DNA from: a plasmid
Sequence record: NZ_CP117815.1
Strand: one strand, 5' to 3'
Length of the DNA stretch: 56,207 nt
The translations under genes were made by a program, and so were the position numbers. Below, in pieces: positions 9,939-19,515 of this stretch. Within the stretch, counting starts at the first letter, position 1. Every line of letters starts with the position of its first letter. Below the pieces are notes generated by a model, which worked only from the letters and a program-made list of their open reading frames with translations, had not been told where the DNA came from and made no database searches.

Positions 9939-10607
9939 TTATTCAGATAATGGCTCCATCGCCAATGGATGGTCAAAATTGGCTTTGTTCACTAAAGTAG
10001 TCACTCGATACCCTTGTAAATCCTCATAGGGATAAGGCTTCATCAAAGCGACTAACTGTTCTTTAGGGCATTGAATGTTATTGAGCCAAATGACTTGGCC
10101 TTTTTCATCTAAAATCAACGGCATACGATTGTGCACCGGTTGCATCAAGGGATTCGCATCGGTTGTAATCAGGCAGCAAGAATGAATTACTTCATCGTTT
10201 TGCTGCCAAGTATCCCGAATAGCAGCAACAGCCAGCAAATCATGATTCTTTTTTTGAAAAAAATAAGGCTGTTTTACACCATCCTCTTGGTGCCATTCAT
10301 AAAAGCCACTCATAGGGATTAAACAGCGTTTCGATTTTATTGCCTGACGAAAAGTCGGCTTTTCAAAAACTGTTTCGGCTCGTGCATTGATGAGATTTCC
10401 TAATTTTTTTCTGTCCGTTGTCCAGGAAGGAATCAATCCCCAACGCAATAATACGCATTGAATTTCATGACCAACGGTTTCAACAAGACATACTACATCA
10501 GCTCCTGGAGAAATATTAAAGCGCGGAGGTATTTCAATCGCATTGGCTAGATGAAATTGGTATTTTAGCTTGTCATAAGAAGCAATATAAGCAAATCGAC
10601 CACACAT
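9939..10607 (-). CDS. SOS-response-associated peptidase (SRAP/YedK-like abasic-site processing protein).
   Basis: Protein starts MCGRFAY, giving the catalytic Cys2 after Met removal. The track's longer ORF, starting at 10685, adds 26 non-conserved residues. ...SGFYEW motif present. Confidence 0.8.
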   Translation of the reverse strand: MCGRFAYIASYDKLKYQFHLANAIEIPPRFNISPGADVVCLVETVGHEIQCVLLRWGLIPSWTTDRKKLGNLINARAETVFEKPTFRQAIKSKRCLIPMSGFYEWHQEDGVKQPYFFQKKNHDLLAVAAIRDTWQQNDEVIHSCCLITTDANPLMQPVHNRMPLILDEKGQVIWLNNIQCPKEQLVALMKPYPYEDLQGYRVTTLVNKANFDHPLAMEPLSE

Positions 10608-10904
10608 CTTTTCATCCACCGAAAGAGTTATTGTCAGTATAATACTAAATCTCAAATAATGAGAAAAATCAGGCGAAATATTCATTCATTAAAACAATAT
10701 TTGCAACACGAGCAATGATATCCAAATTTAGCACCCTCTTTAGTTCAGAAAACTGTATTAACCCGGCTAACCATTTTTATATTAACTCAAAATTTCTAAA
10801 GATGAGTAACGACATGGATATCGACAAAGATATCATCACAGAGACCATTACAGGTATCACAAAAAGAATCATAATAGATATATTTATAGGTACCATATGG
10901 ATAT

Positions 10905-11180
10905 TTATATAGATATCCATATGAAAACATATAAGATATCAACAAAGATAACATAATGATATATAATTCGTTATCTTAGTTTATCACGCCTATATTTTAT
11001 ATAGGTCACAGCGCAAAAGGCAAATATACAGATTAGGTATCTTTATGGGTATCTACTAAGATACCCTTTAGATATCTTTATAGGTATCTTTTGGATAACA
11101 AAATGGTTTAATACTCTCCTTTTAGATATCTTATAAGATCACACTTTAAGTATCCATTTAGATATCACTTAGATATCATT
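10905..11180. repeat. Iteron array: at least four copies of TTTAGATATC plus variants (T/G)AGGTATCT and GGGTATCT, directly upstream of parA. Candidate centromere (parS-like) and/or replication iterons.
   Basis: Copies seen at about 10911, 10934, 11034, 11048, 11071, 11081, 11124, 11160 and 11170. An AGATAAC...GTTATCT inverted repeat lies at 10945-10975. Confidence 0.6.
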
Positions 11181-11332
11181 CATATGTGATTATGATTTAC
11201 AAAAAAAAATCCATCTTGATCGGAAGGTAAAAACATTATAAACATTTGTAAAACGTCAACATTAAATAATATTGAAATCTTCGTAAAATTGCATTTTTAT
11301 CATTACTTTATAGTTTACATGGTTTACGTTTT

Positions 11333-12394
11333 ATGATTAAAATCATACAAAACATCAACCACATAATGAGATTCAATATGGATATACAAAACAATGTCAC
11401 TCAAAATCACCAACCCAAAAGAGCAATATCTGATGTTGCAGATTTTCTCGGCATCTCAATGCAAGCCGTCCATAAACAATTAAAAAATAAAAATATAAAT
11501 TGCGAAAAAATAGGTAACAAATCTTTTTTAACATTTGAATCAGCTAGAGAGTTATTTAATTTTAAGTTCAAGCGAAAAAAAATCGCCGTTCAAATTGTTA
11601 AAGGTGGAACTGGAAAAACTACAACAATCAATAATATAGCTAGTTGTGCCAATACTTATGGAGCAAGAGTGCTATTGATTGATGCAGATCCACAGGGTAA
11701 TTTAACAGACGCAAATGGGATTGACGCGGAAGAATATCCTGTATTAATAGATCTATTGAAAGATGGAGCATCAATTCAAGAAAGCATAGTAACAGTTTCA
11801 CAAGGATTAGATCTAATACCAAGCCGCATTGAGAATGTAATTCTCGATAATGAAATTGTCAACGGAAGGTATCCATTAGAGAAGCTTTATAATAATTTAT
11901 TAAGTAAAGTCGAGAACTATTATGACTTTATATTGATAGATTGCCCGCCAACTATGGGACAAGCCGTAACTGCCGCTAGTCTGTACGCTGATATTATTCT
12001 AGCCCCTTTAAATCCTGATAAATTTAGCGCTAAAGGGTTAAAAATATTAAAGCAAGAAGTTGATACATTAAATAAACATTTCCATAAAAAAATTGAATAT
12101 AAGGTATTTTTGAATAAATTCAGTTCAAAAACAATTTTATCTGATAAAGCAATCGTATCACTTATTTCTGACCCAGAATTAGAAGGGAAGGTATTATCTA
12201 CTACAGTACAGTATGCGCAAGAGATACCTAATATTACAGATGATAACAAAAGCTCATTTAGTAATTTGAAAAAATCCTTGGTAAGAGATGATTTTGATAG
12301 ATTGACACGAGAGTTACTTGAAATAAACGCAGAAACTTTTGCTAAAGACGAACGAGCATTATCCAAAAATTTAAAAGAAGAATCTTTAGCATAG
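11333..12394 (+). CDS. parA: Type Ia partition ATPase ParA/SopA-like, with an N-terminal HTH extension.
   Basis: Walker A KGGTGKTTT and LIDADPQGNLT are deviant-Walker ParA motifs. About 100 aa of N-terminal DNA-binding extension is typical of P1 ParA/F SopA. The exact start is uncertain. Confidence 0.8.
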   Translation: MIKIIQNINHIMRFNMDIQNNVTQNHQPKRAISDVADFLGISMQAVHKQLKNKNINCEKIGNKSFLTFESARELFNFKFKRKKIAVQIVKGGTGKTTTINNIASCANTYGARVLLIDADPQGNLTDANGIDAEEYPVLIDLLKDGASIQESIVTVSQGLDLIPSRIENVILDNEIVNGRYPLEKLYNNLLSKVENYYDFILIDCPPTMGQAVTAASLYADIILAPLNPDKFSAKGLKILKQEVDTLNKHFHKKIEYKVFLNKFSSKTILSDKAIVSLISDPELEGKVLSTTVQYAQEIPNITDDNKSSFSNLKKSLVRDDFDRLTRELLEINAETFAKDERALSKNLKEESLA

Positions 12395-12407
12395 GGAGAG
12401 CTATAAT

Positions 12408-13805
12408 ATGCCTGATTTAGAGGAACTTCTACAGTCGCGTAGTAAAAAGAAATTCATGAAGAAATCCTACAGACCATGGGACTTATCAGGTGGACCCACA
12501 TCCTTGACCGAGAAAAATGAATTCGGAACAACAACTTTAGAAAATCTAGTTCATCAAAAGGATTCTGTTGTTAAAAACAATCTATCGGTAGTTGCCCAAT
12601 GCATAAGTCAAGAAAATACACATTCCACATTAGATAACGATAAAGATATCGGAAAGATAACAAACAAATATCAATCAGGTACCGATTCGGAAAACCATGG
12701 GATATCTAATGAATACCAGATGGATAACTCAACTGATACCATTAAGGAAACTACAAGGAACCATTTAGATAACAACTTAGATAACAAAGAGACATCAAAC
12801 AATCAATCAATTTTAGAAAAATTTATAAAAGAAACATCCGAGATTACAAACAATTTCAATGAAAATCTTGAATATGATCATAATGAAATAGACTTAATTT
12901 CACCTTCAAAAATAGAACAAGAAATTATACGCCTTTCGGGAAAGCAAAAACTTATATTTGATATGGTCATAGAGATATGCTCAGCAAGAAAATGCTTTGA
13001 AACTGGGCCAGTACAAACATTGACTTTGGCAACATTGGCACAAACAACCACTGGAACAGCAAAAACCACGATTAAAAGATTAATAGACAAGGGTTTAATA
13101 TTTAGACATCAGGGAAAAAATGCAAAAGGCGGCTATATTAACTTAGGCATTAATCAGGTTATCTGGGAACATGTTAAAAACATAAAAAATAATAATAAAA
13201 CTTCGATTTTTACTAGCGAAGCTATATTGAATAATAGATATCAAAAAGATATCAATCCAGATGATATAAATAGTAGTATTTATAATATTAATACTACTAC
13301 TTTATCTAAAAGACATGAACAAATACCTCCGGAATGGGAAAAAATTAATTTTGAACCATTGTCACATATAGGATTTTCTAAAACACAGATAAAACAATTA
13401 ATCGGAAAGAATGATCCAACGATAGTCCAGGAATCAATTTATCATTTTGCATTTGGTTTGGAATATAATCAAAAAACTAAGAAGTATGATGATCCCTTGA
13501 ATGTATTGATGGGAGTTTTAAGAAAAGGACAAGCTTGGATAGAAGGCGATTATCGTTCAGCGATAGAAATAGCACAAGAGAAACTGTTAGAAAGCAAAAA
13601 AGCAGAAATTGAACGTAAGAAGAGTCTTGAGGAAAAGGCTTTTAAATTAGCTTTCCACGAATGGGAAAGTGAAATAACTGAAAGTGAATTACAGAAGTTA
13701 ACCGAGCGAAAAAATGGAGACCTTACGCCTCCTAAGGCAAAGTTAACTATGTACTTTAGAGAAAATATTTGGCCTTCAAAAAAAGGGGAGTATCTTTTGT
13801 TTTAA
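12408..13805 (+). CDS. Hypothetical Asn-rich protein in ParB position downstream of parA; no canonical ParB box seen. Possible winged-helix DNA-binding partner.
   Basis: Start is 14 nt after the parA stop with RBS GGGAGAG. Internal segment LSGKQKLIFDMVIEICSARK...TGTAKTTIKRLIDKGLIF looks wHTH-like. Confidence 0.35.
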   Translation: MPDLEELLQSRSKKKFMKKSYRPWDLSGGPTSLTEKNEFGTTTLENLVHQKDSVVKNNLSVVAQCISQENTHSTLDNDKDIGKITNKYQSGTDSENHGISNEYQMDNSTDTIKETTRNHLDNNLDNKETSNNQSILEKFIKETSEITNNFNENLEYDHNEIDLISPSKIEQEIIRLSGKQKLIFDMVIEICSARKCFETGPVQTLTLATLAQTTTGTAKTTIKRLIDKGLIFRHQGKNAKGGYINLGINQVIWEHVKNIKNNNKTSIFTSEAILNNRYQKDINPDDINSSIYNINTTTLSKRHEQIPPEWEKINFEPLSHIGFSKTQIKQLIGKNDPTIVQESIYHFAFGLEYNQKTKKYDDPLNVLMGVLRKGQAWIEGDYRSAIEIAQEKLLESKKAEIERKKSLEEKAFKLAFHEWESEITESELQKLTERKNGDLTPPKAKLTMYFRENIWPSKKGEYLLF

Positions 13806-14093
13806 ATTCAGAGAGATATGTTAAATTTACCTGCAAGTAAATTATCAGAGCATATCTACATTTTCCGTTAAATATTGCTATACCTGCTGGGAAAATGGAT
13901 TTAGCTATATGTGCAAAAATATATTGAGTTGGTTCTATAAATTTATCGCTATTCTTAAACATTCTTTATTATTGGTTCCAATAATACACTTAAAAAAATT
14001 AGTGATGTAAAATTTATTAGCTTTTGATTGTAGGTTTTATTCGAAAATAATTTGCATTATGCAAGTTATTACTACCTGAGGATAGGATATTAA

Positions 14094-15548
14094 ATGGATT
14101 CTGTAAAAATGAATAGGAAAGGGGTAGTTTATTTACACTGGTTAAACGGAATAAGTACATTCAGTTTTGCTATCTTATTTTCATCATTATCACTCTACTT
14201 GACTAAAAATATTGGTTTAAGTCAAGTGCAATCTAATGGGGTTGTAGGTTTTTTTCTGGCTTCAAATTTCATTCTTCATTTTATAGCAGGTTATCTCGGT
14301 GATAAGTGGTTAAGTAATCGATTGCTATTTGCCACTTCGACAATTGTACAAAGTATTGGCCTCATAGTGCTGAATTTTTCCGAATCATTTGTATATTTAG
14401 GATTAAGTTTATTTGTTATTGGATGTGGTTTAGGCTCCACCTGCATTAATTGCCTTATTACACAACAATTTAATAGTCAAGAGGATGAATTAAGAGAAAA
14501 AGCCTTTTTTCATAATTACGGCGCAATGAATATAGGGTTTCTTTCCGGCTATATCTTAAGTGGATACATTGACATCAATGATAAATATGAACATTTATTT
14601 GAAATGAGTAATCTGATTAACCTGATTACAGTATTTTTCATTATTAAATCATGGAAGCATTTTGCTAAAAAAACAGTAGCTATCAGAAAAGAGATCGGGG
14701 ATGGTAAATTGGGATTATTATTAATTTTATTAATAATACCTATTCTCTTTGCGGGATTTTATTACTATTGGTTGGCAAATGGACTCATACTTTCTATAGG
14801 AGCTGCGGCTTTATTTTACATAACGCTATTGGCACATGGTTTTAAAAATAATAATGAGAGAAAAAAAATTTATTCTTTTATATTTTTGACTGTAAGTTCT
14901 ATTGTATTTTGGATGCTTTACTTTGTCGGGCCGATGGGAGTTACTCAATTTTTGAAGTATAACGTGAATATATACGTAGGCACATATTATATTCCCCCTC
15001 AGTGGTTGATGAATTTAAATTCACTTTTTGTGATTATTGGTTCACCTTTAATGATCTCTTTATTAGAGCGACTAAGAAAGAAACACATAATTATTTCTAT
15101 CCCGAAACAATTTATTTGTTCCCTAGTGTTTATCGCATTGTCCTTTTCAGTGTTAGCTCTTGGCATATTAAAATCAAGCCCTGATGGGTTAACTAGTGTG
15201 AATTGGATTGTTGCACATTATTTTTTTCAAGCGGTAGGAGAGTTGCTCATTGCTCCGGTGGGTTATGCTATGATAGGACATCTCGCGCCGGAGAAACTGC
15301 AGGGGCTTATGATGGGAATATGGATGATGGCTTCTGGTGTATCGGTCACATTGTCCAATTATTTTTCCAATTTAATGACTCAATCCGAGTCATTAAATCC
15401 TTTCATTAGCAATGAGCACTACATGAGCGTATTTAATCAACTAGGTCTTTATGCTGTTCTTGGAGCGTTGATACTGTGGTTATTTTCTAAGACTATTGAA
15501 AACAGTATACAAAAAACGTCAAATCGAACAATTGAAGGAATCGCATAA
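14094..15548 (+). CDS. MFS transporter, POT/PTR2 (proton-dependent oligopeptide transporter)-like.
   Basis: About 12 predicted TM segments. N-terminal pattern FSFAILFSSLSLYLTKNIGLSQVQSNG...IAGYLGDKWLSNR resembles the POT family TM1-TM3 region. Confidence 0.65.
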   Translation: MDSVKMNRKGVVYLHWLNGISTFSFAILFSSLSLYLTKNIGLSQVQSNGVVGFFLASNFILHFIAGYLGDKWLSNRLLFATSTIVQSIGLIVLNFSESFVYLGLSLFVIGCGLGSTCINCLITQQFNSQEDELREKAFFHNYGAMNIGFLSGYILSGYIDINDKYEHLFEMSNLINLITVFFIIKSWKHFAKKTVAIRKEIGDGKLGLLLILLIIPILFAGFYYYWLANGLILSIGAAALFYITLLAHGFKNNNERKKIYSFIFLTVSSIVFWMLYFVGPMGVTQFLKYNVNIYVGTYYIPPQWLMNLNSLFVIIGSPLMISLLERLRKKHIIISIPKQFICSLVFIALSFSVLALGILKSSPDGLTSVNWIVAHYFFQAVGELLIAPVGYAMIGHLAPEKLQGLMMGIWMMASGVSVTLSNYFSNLMTQSESLNPFISNEHYMSVFNQLGLYAVLGALILWLFSKTIENSIQKTSNRTIEGIA

Positions 15549-15549
15549 T

Positions 15550-16572
15550 CTATTGGAGTGATAATTCCCCCTGTATTTTGGATAGTTGTATTTCTTCTTG
15601 AGCTAATATTTTTAAGAAATTTTCCAATATATTAGGATTTTTTATCGTTTTAATATCTTTTTTAATTCCATTAACAAGACTTTGTTGCAGTTGAAGTGAA
15701 TTTTGTAAGTTAATATTAGAACAAGCTCGACGATTCAAATCATACACATTATGTAGACGTTTATTTGTTGAAATTTCATTTAACCCTGAATAAGTACATT
15801 CGTCCTTTTTGATTTTCAATCGAGCAGTATTTTCCTGATCACATTGTTCTTGATAACGTTTAGCTTCAGGTGAGTATTTGTTAAATCCTTTCGGTGTTCT
15901 CCAGCGGTTGTTACGAAGGAGTTGAGAAATGATATTAATTTTATGTTGAAAAGTGTCAATATTTTGAAATTGCTCTTTATTGCTTAATGAAAATACAATT
16001 TCGTCTAAAACCTTTTGAGGGGATGATAGCTTTACTCCATGGCTTTTTTGAACATTCAATAACATCCCCTTAACGATATTGAGTTCGTTTATAGGTAGTT
16101 TATCGTCTAATTGATTAAGAGTAATATTATTAATTACTCTATTTTTTTCTTTATTATTGGTATCTGCTGAAACAAGATAATCCATTCTCTCGTTTATATC
16201 ATTTCTAGATGTAGGTTTTTTTTCTTTTATTTCTATAGTGTTTTCTTTCTCTTTTGAGAGAAATTGTAATTTGCTTTGAAGTGTTTCTGTAATTGCTATA
16301 AAAGATCGAGGTACACCGTAATATTTAAATCTTTTTCGGATAATCAGTCCTTCTTCTTCTAAATTTTTTAGGTAGATATAAATCCTGCTTTCACTAAAAC
16401 CGAGTTCCGCAGCAAGATCAGGAATTTTTTTTGTAAACCATAATTTATTTTCGCGTTTTAAAAGAGTGCCTTGATAATGAAATATGATTTTATCTAAAAG
16501 CAGAGCTTCTTTAGGGCAGTTAGTTAATGAAAGAAGCTTGTTAAATCTATGATAGTAAATTGAATTATTCAT
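15550..16572 (-). CDS. Hypothetical protein with N-terminal winged-helix-like domain; possible replication or regulatory protein.
   Basis: ...IPDLAAELGFSESRIYIYLKNLEEEGLIIRKRF... is a wHTH-like segment. The C-terminal part is Lys/Asn-rich. Downstream of, and likely co-transcribed with, the small HTH gene at 16593-16799. Confidence 0.35.
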   Translation of the reverse strand: MNNSIYYHRFNKLLSLTNCPKEALLLDKIIFHYQGTLLKRENKLWFTKKIPDLAAELGFSESRIYIYLKNLEEEGLIIRKRFKYYGVPRSFIAITETLQSKLQFLSKEKENTIEIKEKKPTSRNDINERMDYLVSADTNNKEKNRVINNITLNQLDDKLPINELNIVKGMLLNVQKSHGVKLSSPQKVLDEIVFSLSNKEQFQNIDTFQHKINIISQLLRNNRWRTPKGFNKYSPEAKRYQEQCDQENTARLKIKKDECTYSGLNEISTNKRLHNVYDLNRRACSNINLQNSLQLQQSLVNGIKKDIKTIKNPNILENFLKILAQEEIQLSKIQGELSLQ

Positions 16573-16592
16573 AAAACATCCATGTGGTGAAA

Positions 16593-16799
16593 TTACTTAA
16601 TTAACCCTGACGTGGCCAACATATAGATTAGCTGAGGCGTGGTTTTGCAATTAAAGCTAGTCTTTAAGTCACTAAGTCTATAGAGGATGTATCTTTTTGA
16701 TTTTTTGGTATCTTCAGCGATTTCGGTAACTTGGCTACCGTTTATTATCATTTTTATTATCTGGCTATCAACATGGTCAATTACCATTAAAAGCTCCAT
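16593..16799 (-). CDS. Small LuxR/GerE-type HTH transcriptional regulator (stand-alone DNA-binding domain).
   Basis: IINGSQVTEIAEDTKKSKRYILYRLSDLKTSF...QLIYMLATSGLI fits the GerE/LuxR HTH consensus (G.s..EIA..L.iS..TV..h...i..KL...r.eL...A...GLI). Confidence 0.45.
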   Translation of the reverse strand: MELLMVIDHVDSQIIKMIINGSQVTEIAEDTKKSKRYILYRLSDLKTSFNCKTTPQLIYMLATSGLIK

Positions 16800-16805
16800 T
16801 TTTAT

Positions 16806-16852
16806 TTAAATGCATCCCAAGTGATATAATTTATAACTTGAAATGCATTTAA
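16806..16852. promoter_or_regulatory. Operator/promoter: a perfect 10-bp inverted repeat (TTAAATGCAT ... ATGCATTTAA) flanks an extended -10 element, TGaTATAAT, in the divergent region between the LuxR-like gene and the thioamidation operon.
   Basis: Left arm 16806-16815, right arm 16843-16852. TGATATAAT at 16822-16830 is oriented toward the + strand operon starting at 16971. Confidence 0.45.
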
Positions 16853-16970
16853 GCAAGAAATATTATTATTTTTAGCAATAAATTTTATTGCATGAAATAC
16901 AGGTTCATTGAATACACTAATGTTCTCTTGTATGATTCGGTTAATTAATAGGATTTTAGATTGATGTCAT

Positions 16971-18233
16971 ATGAGTGAATTATCTTGGGATAGGGTAAAA
17001 ACGGACATAGCTCGTGTTAATAAACGCCTCTATGAAATATTAGAAACCATAGATGGCATTCAAAATATGCTTTTTACTGTCCTTGAATATCAGTATGGAC
17101 AAATCATTGCGGATGAGGACTATTTTTATTTGCCAAATACTTGTGGAAAGCTATCCTCGGTTCCATTTTCAATGGTTTTAGAAAAAAATCTTGAAATGTT
17201 TATTGAATTTAAAGGGAAGTCAAGCACACACCAAGTCTATAAAGAAGGGGATTTTTTAAGCGTTAGTTCACTTTATAATGCTTCAAATACTCATCATCCC
17301 ACAGATATACTGCAAATATCATCAGGTGCAAGAAATACCTTTTTACTTTGTCCTGTGGCAGACGCAAGGCCACATGCCAGTTTAGAAAAATATTTTAAGG
17401 CTGACATTCCTGTGCCAGATGAGCTTGGAAATCATTATTTAACCTTTAAGAGTTTATGTGAGGCAGCCAACTGTAAGTGGCGTTCAAAATTATTGGTGTT
17501 TCCTTCTGAAATTGTAACGTTAATTAAAGAGAATAAATTGCCAACTCTTTTGAGTTTAGTCATGGAATTTGATTCTAATCAGACAGGTTATTATGCAAAC
17601 TTACCTTTTTATAATTATCTAATGGCCTACGTCCGAGCCAATAATCCTGAAATATCTCAAAATGAATTTACTAATAACGCCATTAGTCAATTGATTACTA
17701 TAGGTACGGGACAAGTTCCCGGTTACGGTTTAGCCGTAGGGGATGATTTATTGCCCTTAGATTTTATTGTTGAGACGTATCGCGATATATATAAATCCAA
17801 ATACACTCCTTTTGTTATGGAGCCTGTTCATTTTGACAAAAATAAAAACAACCCTGTTTTTTATTCGATCCTCAAAGAAGAGATGGCTTTTAAGCCTACC
17901 TCATTTTCAAATAAACCACAGCGTTGTGAATTAATATACGATACTTATTTTCAGTACGCTGATCATATAAAGAAATTAGGCCATCTTAAGAATACGCCAT
18001 TTTTTGAAAGTGCAACAATGCTCGATTTAACACTTTTTCATGAAAAGAACAATCAAGTGACTAATAACTTATTTAAACTACCTAGGGAGACGATTTTTTC
18101 TTACGATCCTCGATTTTTGGAAGTAACAAATAAACTTGGGTATTCAGTTGATCAATTCCCTTCGAAAACAACGTTTTTAGTAGGATGTTTTGGTATTAAA
18201 TATAATGAGAATAACGACACTGTTATGCATTGA
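16971..18233 (+). CDS. Hypothetical 420-aa protein, first gene of the thioamidation operon. No recognisable motif.
   Basis: Intact ORF with RBS-like GGATTTTAGATTGATG context. Followed without a terminator by the ATP-grasp gene. Confidence 0.5.
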   Translation: MSELSWDRVKTDIARVNKRLYEILETIDGIQNMLFTVLEYQYGQIIADEDYFYLPNTCGKLSSVPFSMVLEKNLEMFIEFKGKSSTHQVYKEGDFLSVSSLYNASNTHHPTDILQISSGARNTFLLCPVADARPHASLEKYFKADIPVPDELGNHYLTFKSLCEAANCKWRSKLLVFPSEIVTLIKENKLPTLLSLVMEFDSNQTGYYANLPFYNYLMAYVRANNPEISQNEFTNNAISQLITIGTGQVPGYGLAVGDDLLPLDFIVETYRDIYKSKYTPFVMEPVHFDKNKNNPVFYSILKEEMAFKPTSFSNKPQRCELIYDTYFQYADHIKKLGHLKNTPFFESATMLDLTLFHEKNNQVTNNLFKLPRETIFSYDPRFLEVTNKLGYSVDQFPSKTTFLVGCFGIKYNENNDTVMH

Positions 18234-18267
18234 TCCTCTTCAGGACTATGAATTAATCGATTGTGAG

Positions 18268-19368
18268 ATGCTTCTTCAATTGGGCATTACTCCCTTTTTT
18301 TTGATTAAAGATGCATCTAAGGCTGTTAAGGATCGGGAAAATGTATTAGTAAACTCATTTTCATATGAAGATATCCTAGCAATTTGTGATTCAATTCGTC
18401 CAAAGTATATCGTGTGTTTTTCTGAGGATATGTTCGTGGATATAGCAAAAATCCGAGAACATCTAAAGATTGCTGGTATGAGTTCGAATACGGCAATGCT
18501 ATTAAGCCACAAGGATCTTATGTATCAAAAGTTGGATGGTTCATTTCCATTTCCTAAAACAACCACATTGATTGAATCTCCAAATTTAAAATCAATTCAA
18601 GAAAAGATAGGTGTTCAAGAGATTTTTGTTAAACCTATTAATTCCTCTGGTTCCTATGAGACCTATCATATTAAGACTGAGAGAGAGTTTTCTAATTTTT
18701 TAGCCAATAAGAAAGAGGATGAGGAAAACTATATCGCTCAAGCTTATGTGGCAGATGATTTATATCATTCGGAGTTGGTAGTTTTTGATGGGAACATTTT
18801 GTTTGTAGAAGCCAGGAAATATACCCATCCAAACCATTTAATGGTTAGTAAAAATTTTCCTATATTTAGTTTGAATATTTTAGAAGCGCCTCAACGACAA
18901 TCAATTATTGATGCTTCAGTTAAGGTGAGCCAGTTATTGGGATTCCATAATGGGGTACTTCATACTGAATTCTTCATGAATGAGGATGGTTATATTCAAT
19001 TTATCGAAACCAATGCTAGACCACCAGGTATTGGTTTAAATAAGTTGTACCAGAGAAAATATTCCATAAGCCTTGAAACAATTTTATGTTGTATTGTTTG
19101 TGGAGTTGAACCTCCTAGCATGGTAGAAAATAAAAGTCACTTCGTATGTGGTTACTTTCCTACAAAGATGGGGGTTATAAAAAAGATAAACAAACCTGAA
19201 CTTCATGTTCAAAATGAATGGACTTTTTTTGTTAAGCCTGATGATACAAGCGAACAAATGGCACATATGTCTAAGTCAGCGATGGTTCTTTGTTGGGATG
19301 ACTCTGTAACTGAAATAAATAAGACTGGTAACTTTCTTGCAGAGCAAGATATTGTAGAGGTTTATTGA
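18268..19368 (+). CDS. ATP-grasp family ligase.
   Basis: C-terminal ATP-grasp signature ...LHTEFFMNEDGYIQFIETNARPPGIG... (E-x-N-x-R). The ORF track begins at a TTG (18190) that overlaps the upstream gene; the first plausible ATG after the upstream stop is 18268. Confidence 0.6.
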   Translation: MLLQLGITPFFLIKDASKAVKDRENVLVNSFSYEDILAICDSIRPKYIVCFSEDMFVDIAKIREHLKIAGMSSNTAMLLSHKDLMYQKLDGSFPFPKTTTLIESPNLKSIQEKIGVQEIFVKPINSSGSYETYHIKTEREFSNFLANKKEDEENYIAQAYVADDLYHSELVVFDGNILFVEARKYTHPNHLMVSKNFPIFSLNILEAPQRQSIIDASVKVSQLLGFHNGVLHTEFFMNEDGYIQFIETNARPPGIGLNKLYQRKYSISLETILCCIVCGVEPPSMVENKSHFVCGYFPTKMGVIKKINKPELHVQNEWTFFVKPDDTSEQMAHMSKSAMVLCWDDSVTEINKTGNFLAEQDIVEVY

Positions 19369-19515
19369 ATTAAAAATAGATTATAGCCTCATTTTGGCTG
19401 CTGATGAGTTTTTAGTAAGATCTTTAAACAGTTGTTCGTTCATATTTCACCACAATTGTTAAAAATATAAATAAATTATATATATCGTTTATATAAAAAT
19501 CTACAGGTTATAAGA

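Noticed and set aside
10715-10912. 65-aa ORF running into the iteron array.
   Set aside because: No RBS. The Ile/Asp-rich low-complexity translation is produced by reading through the GATATC repeats. More parsimoniously non-coding.
10905-11180. Considered whether the GATATC-type repeat cluster could be a CRISPR array.
   Set aside because: The repeats are about 9-10 bp, irregularly spaced, partly overlapping and without unique spacers of uniform length. There are no cas genes. This is iteron-like, not CRISPR.
16899-16952. 17-codon ORF (MKYRFIEYTNVLLYDSVN) in the leader of the thioamidation operon, considered as a RiPP precursor peptide.
   Set aside because: No RBS, no Cys/Ser/Thr- or Gly-rich core, no leader-peptide features. 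It cannot be supported from sequence alone and is left as something to test.
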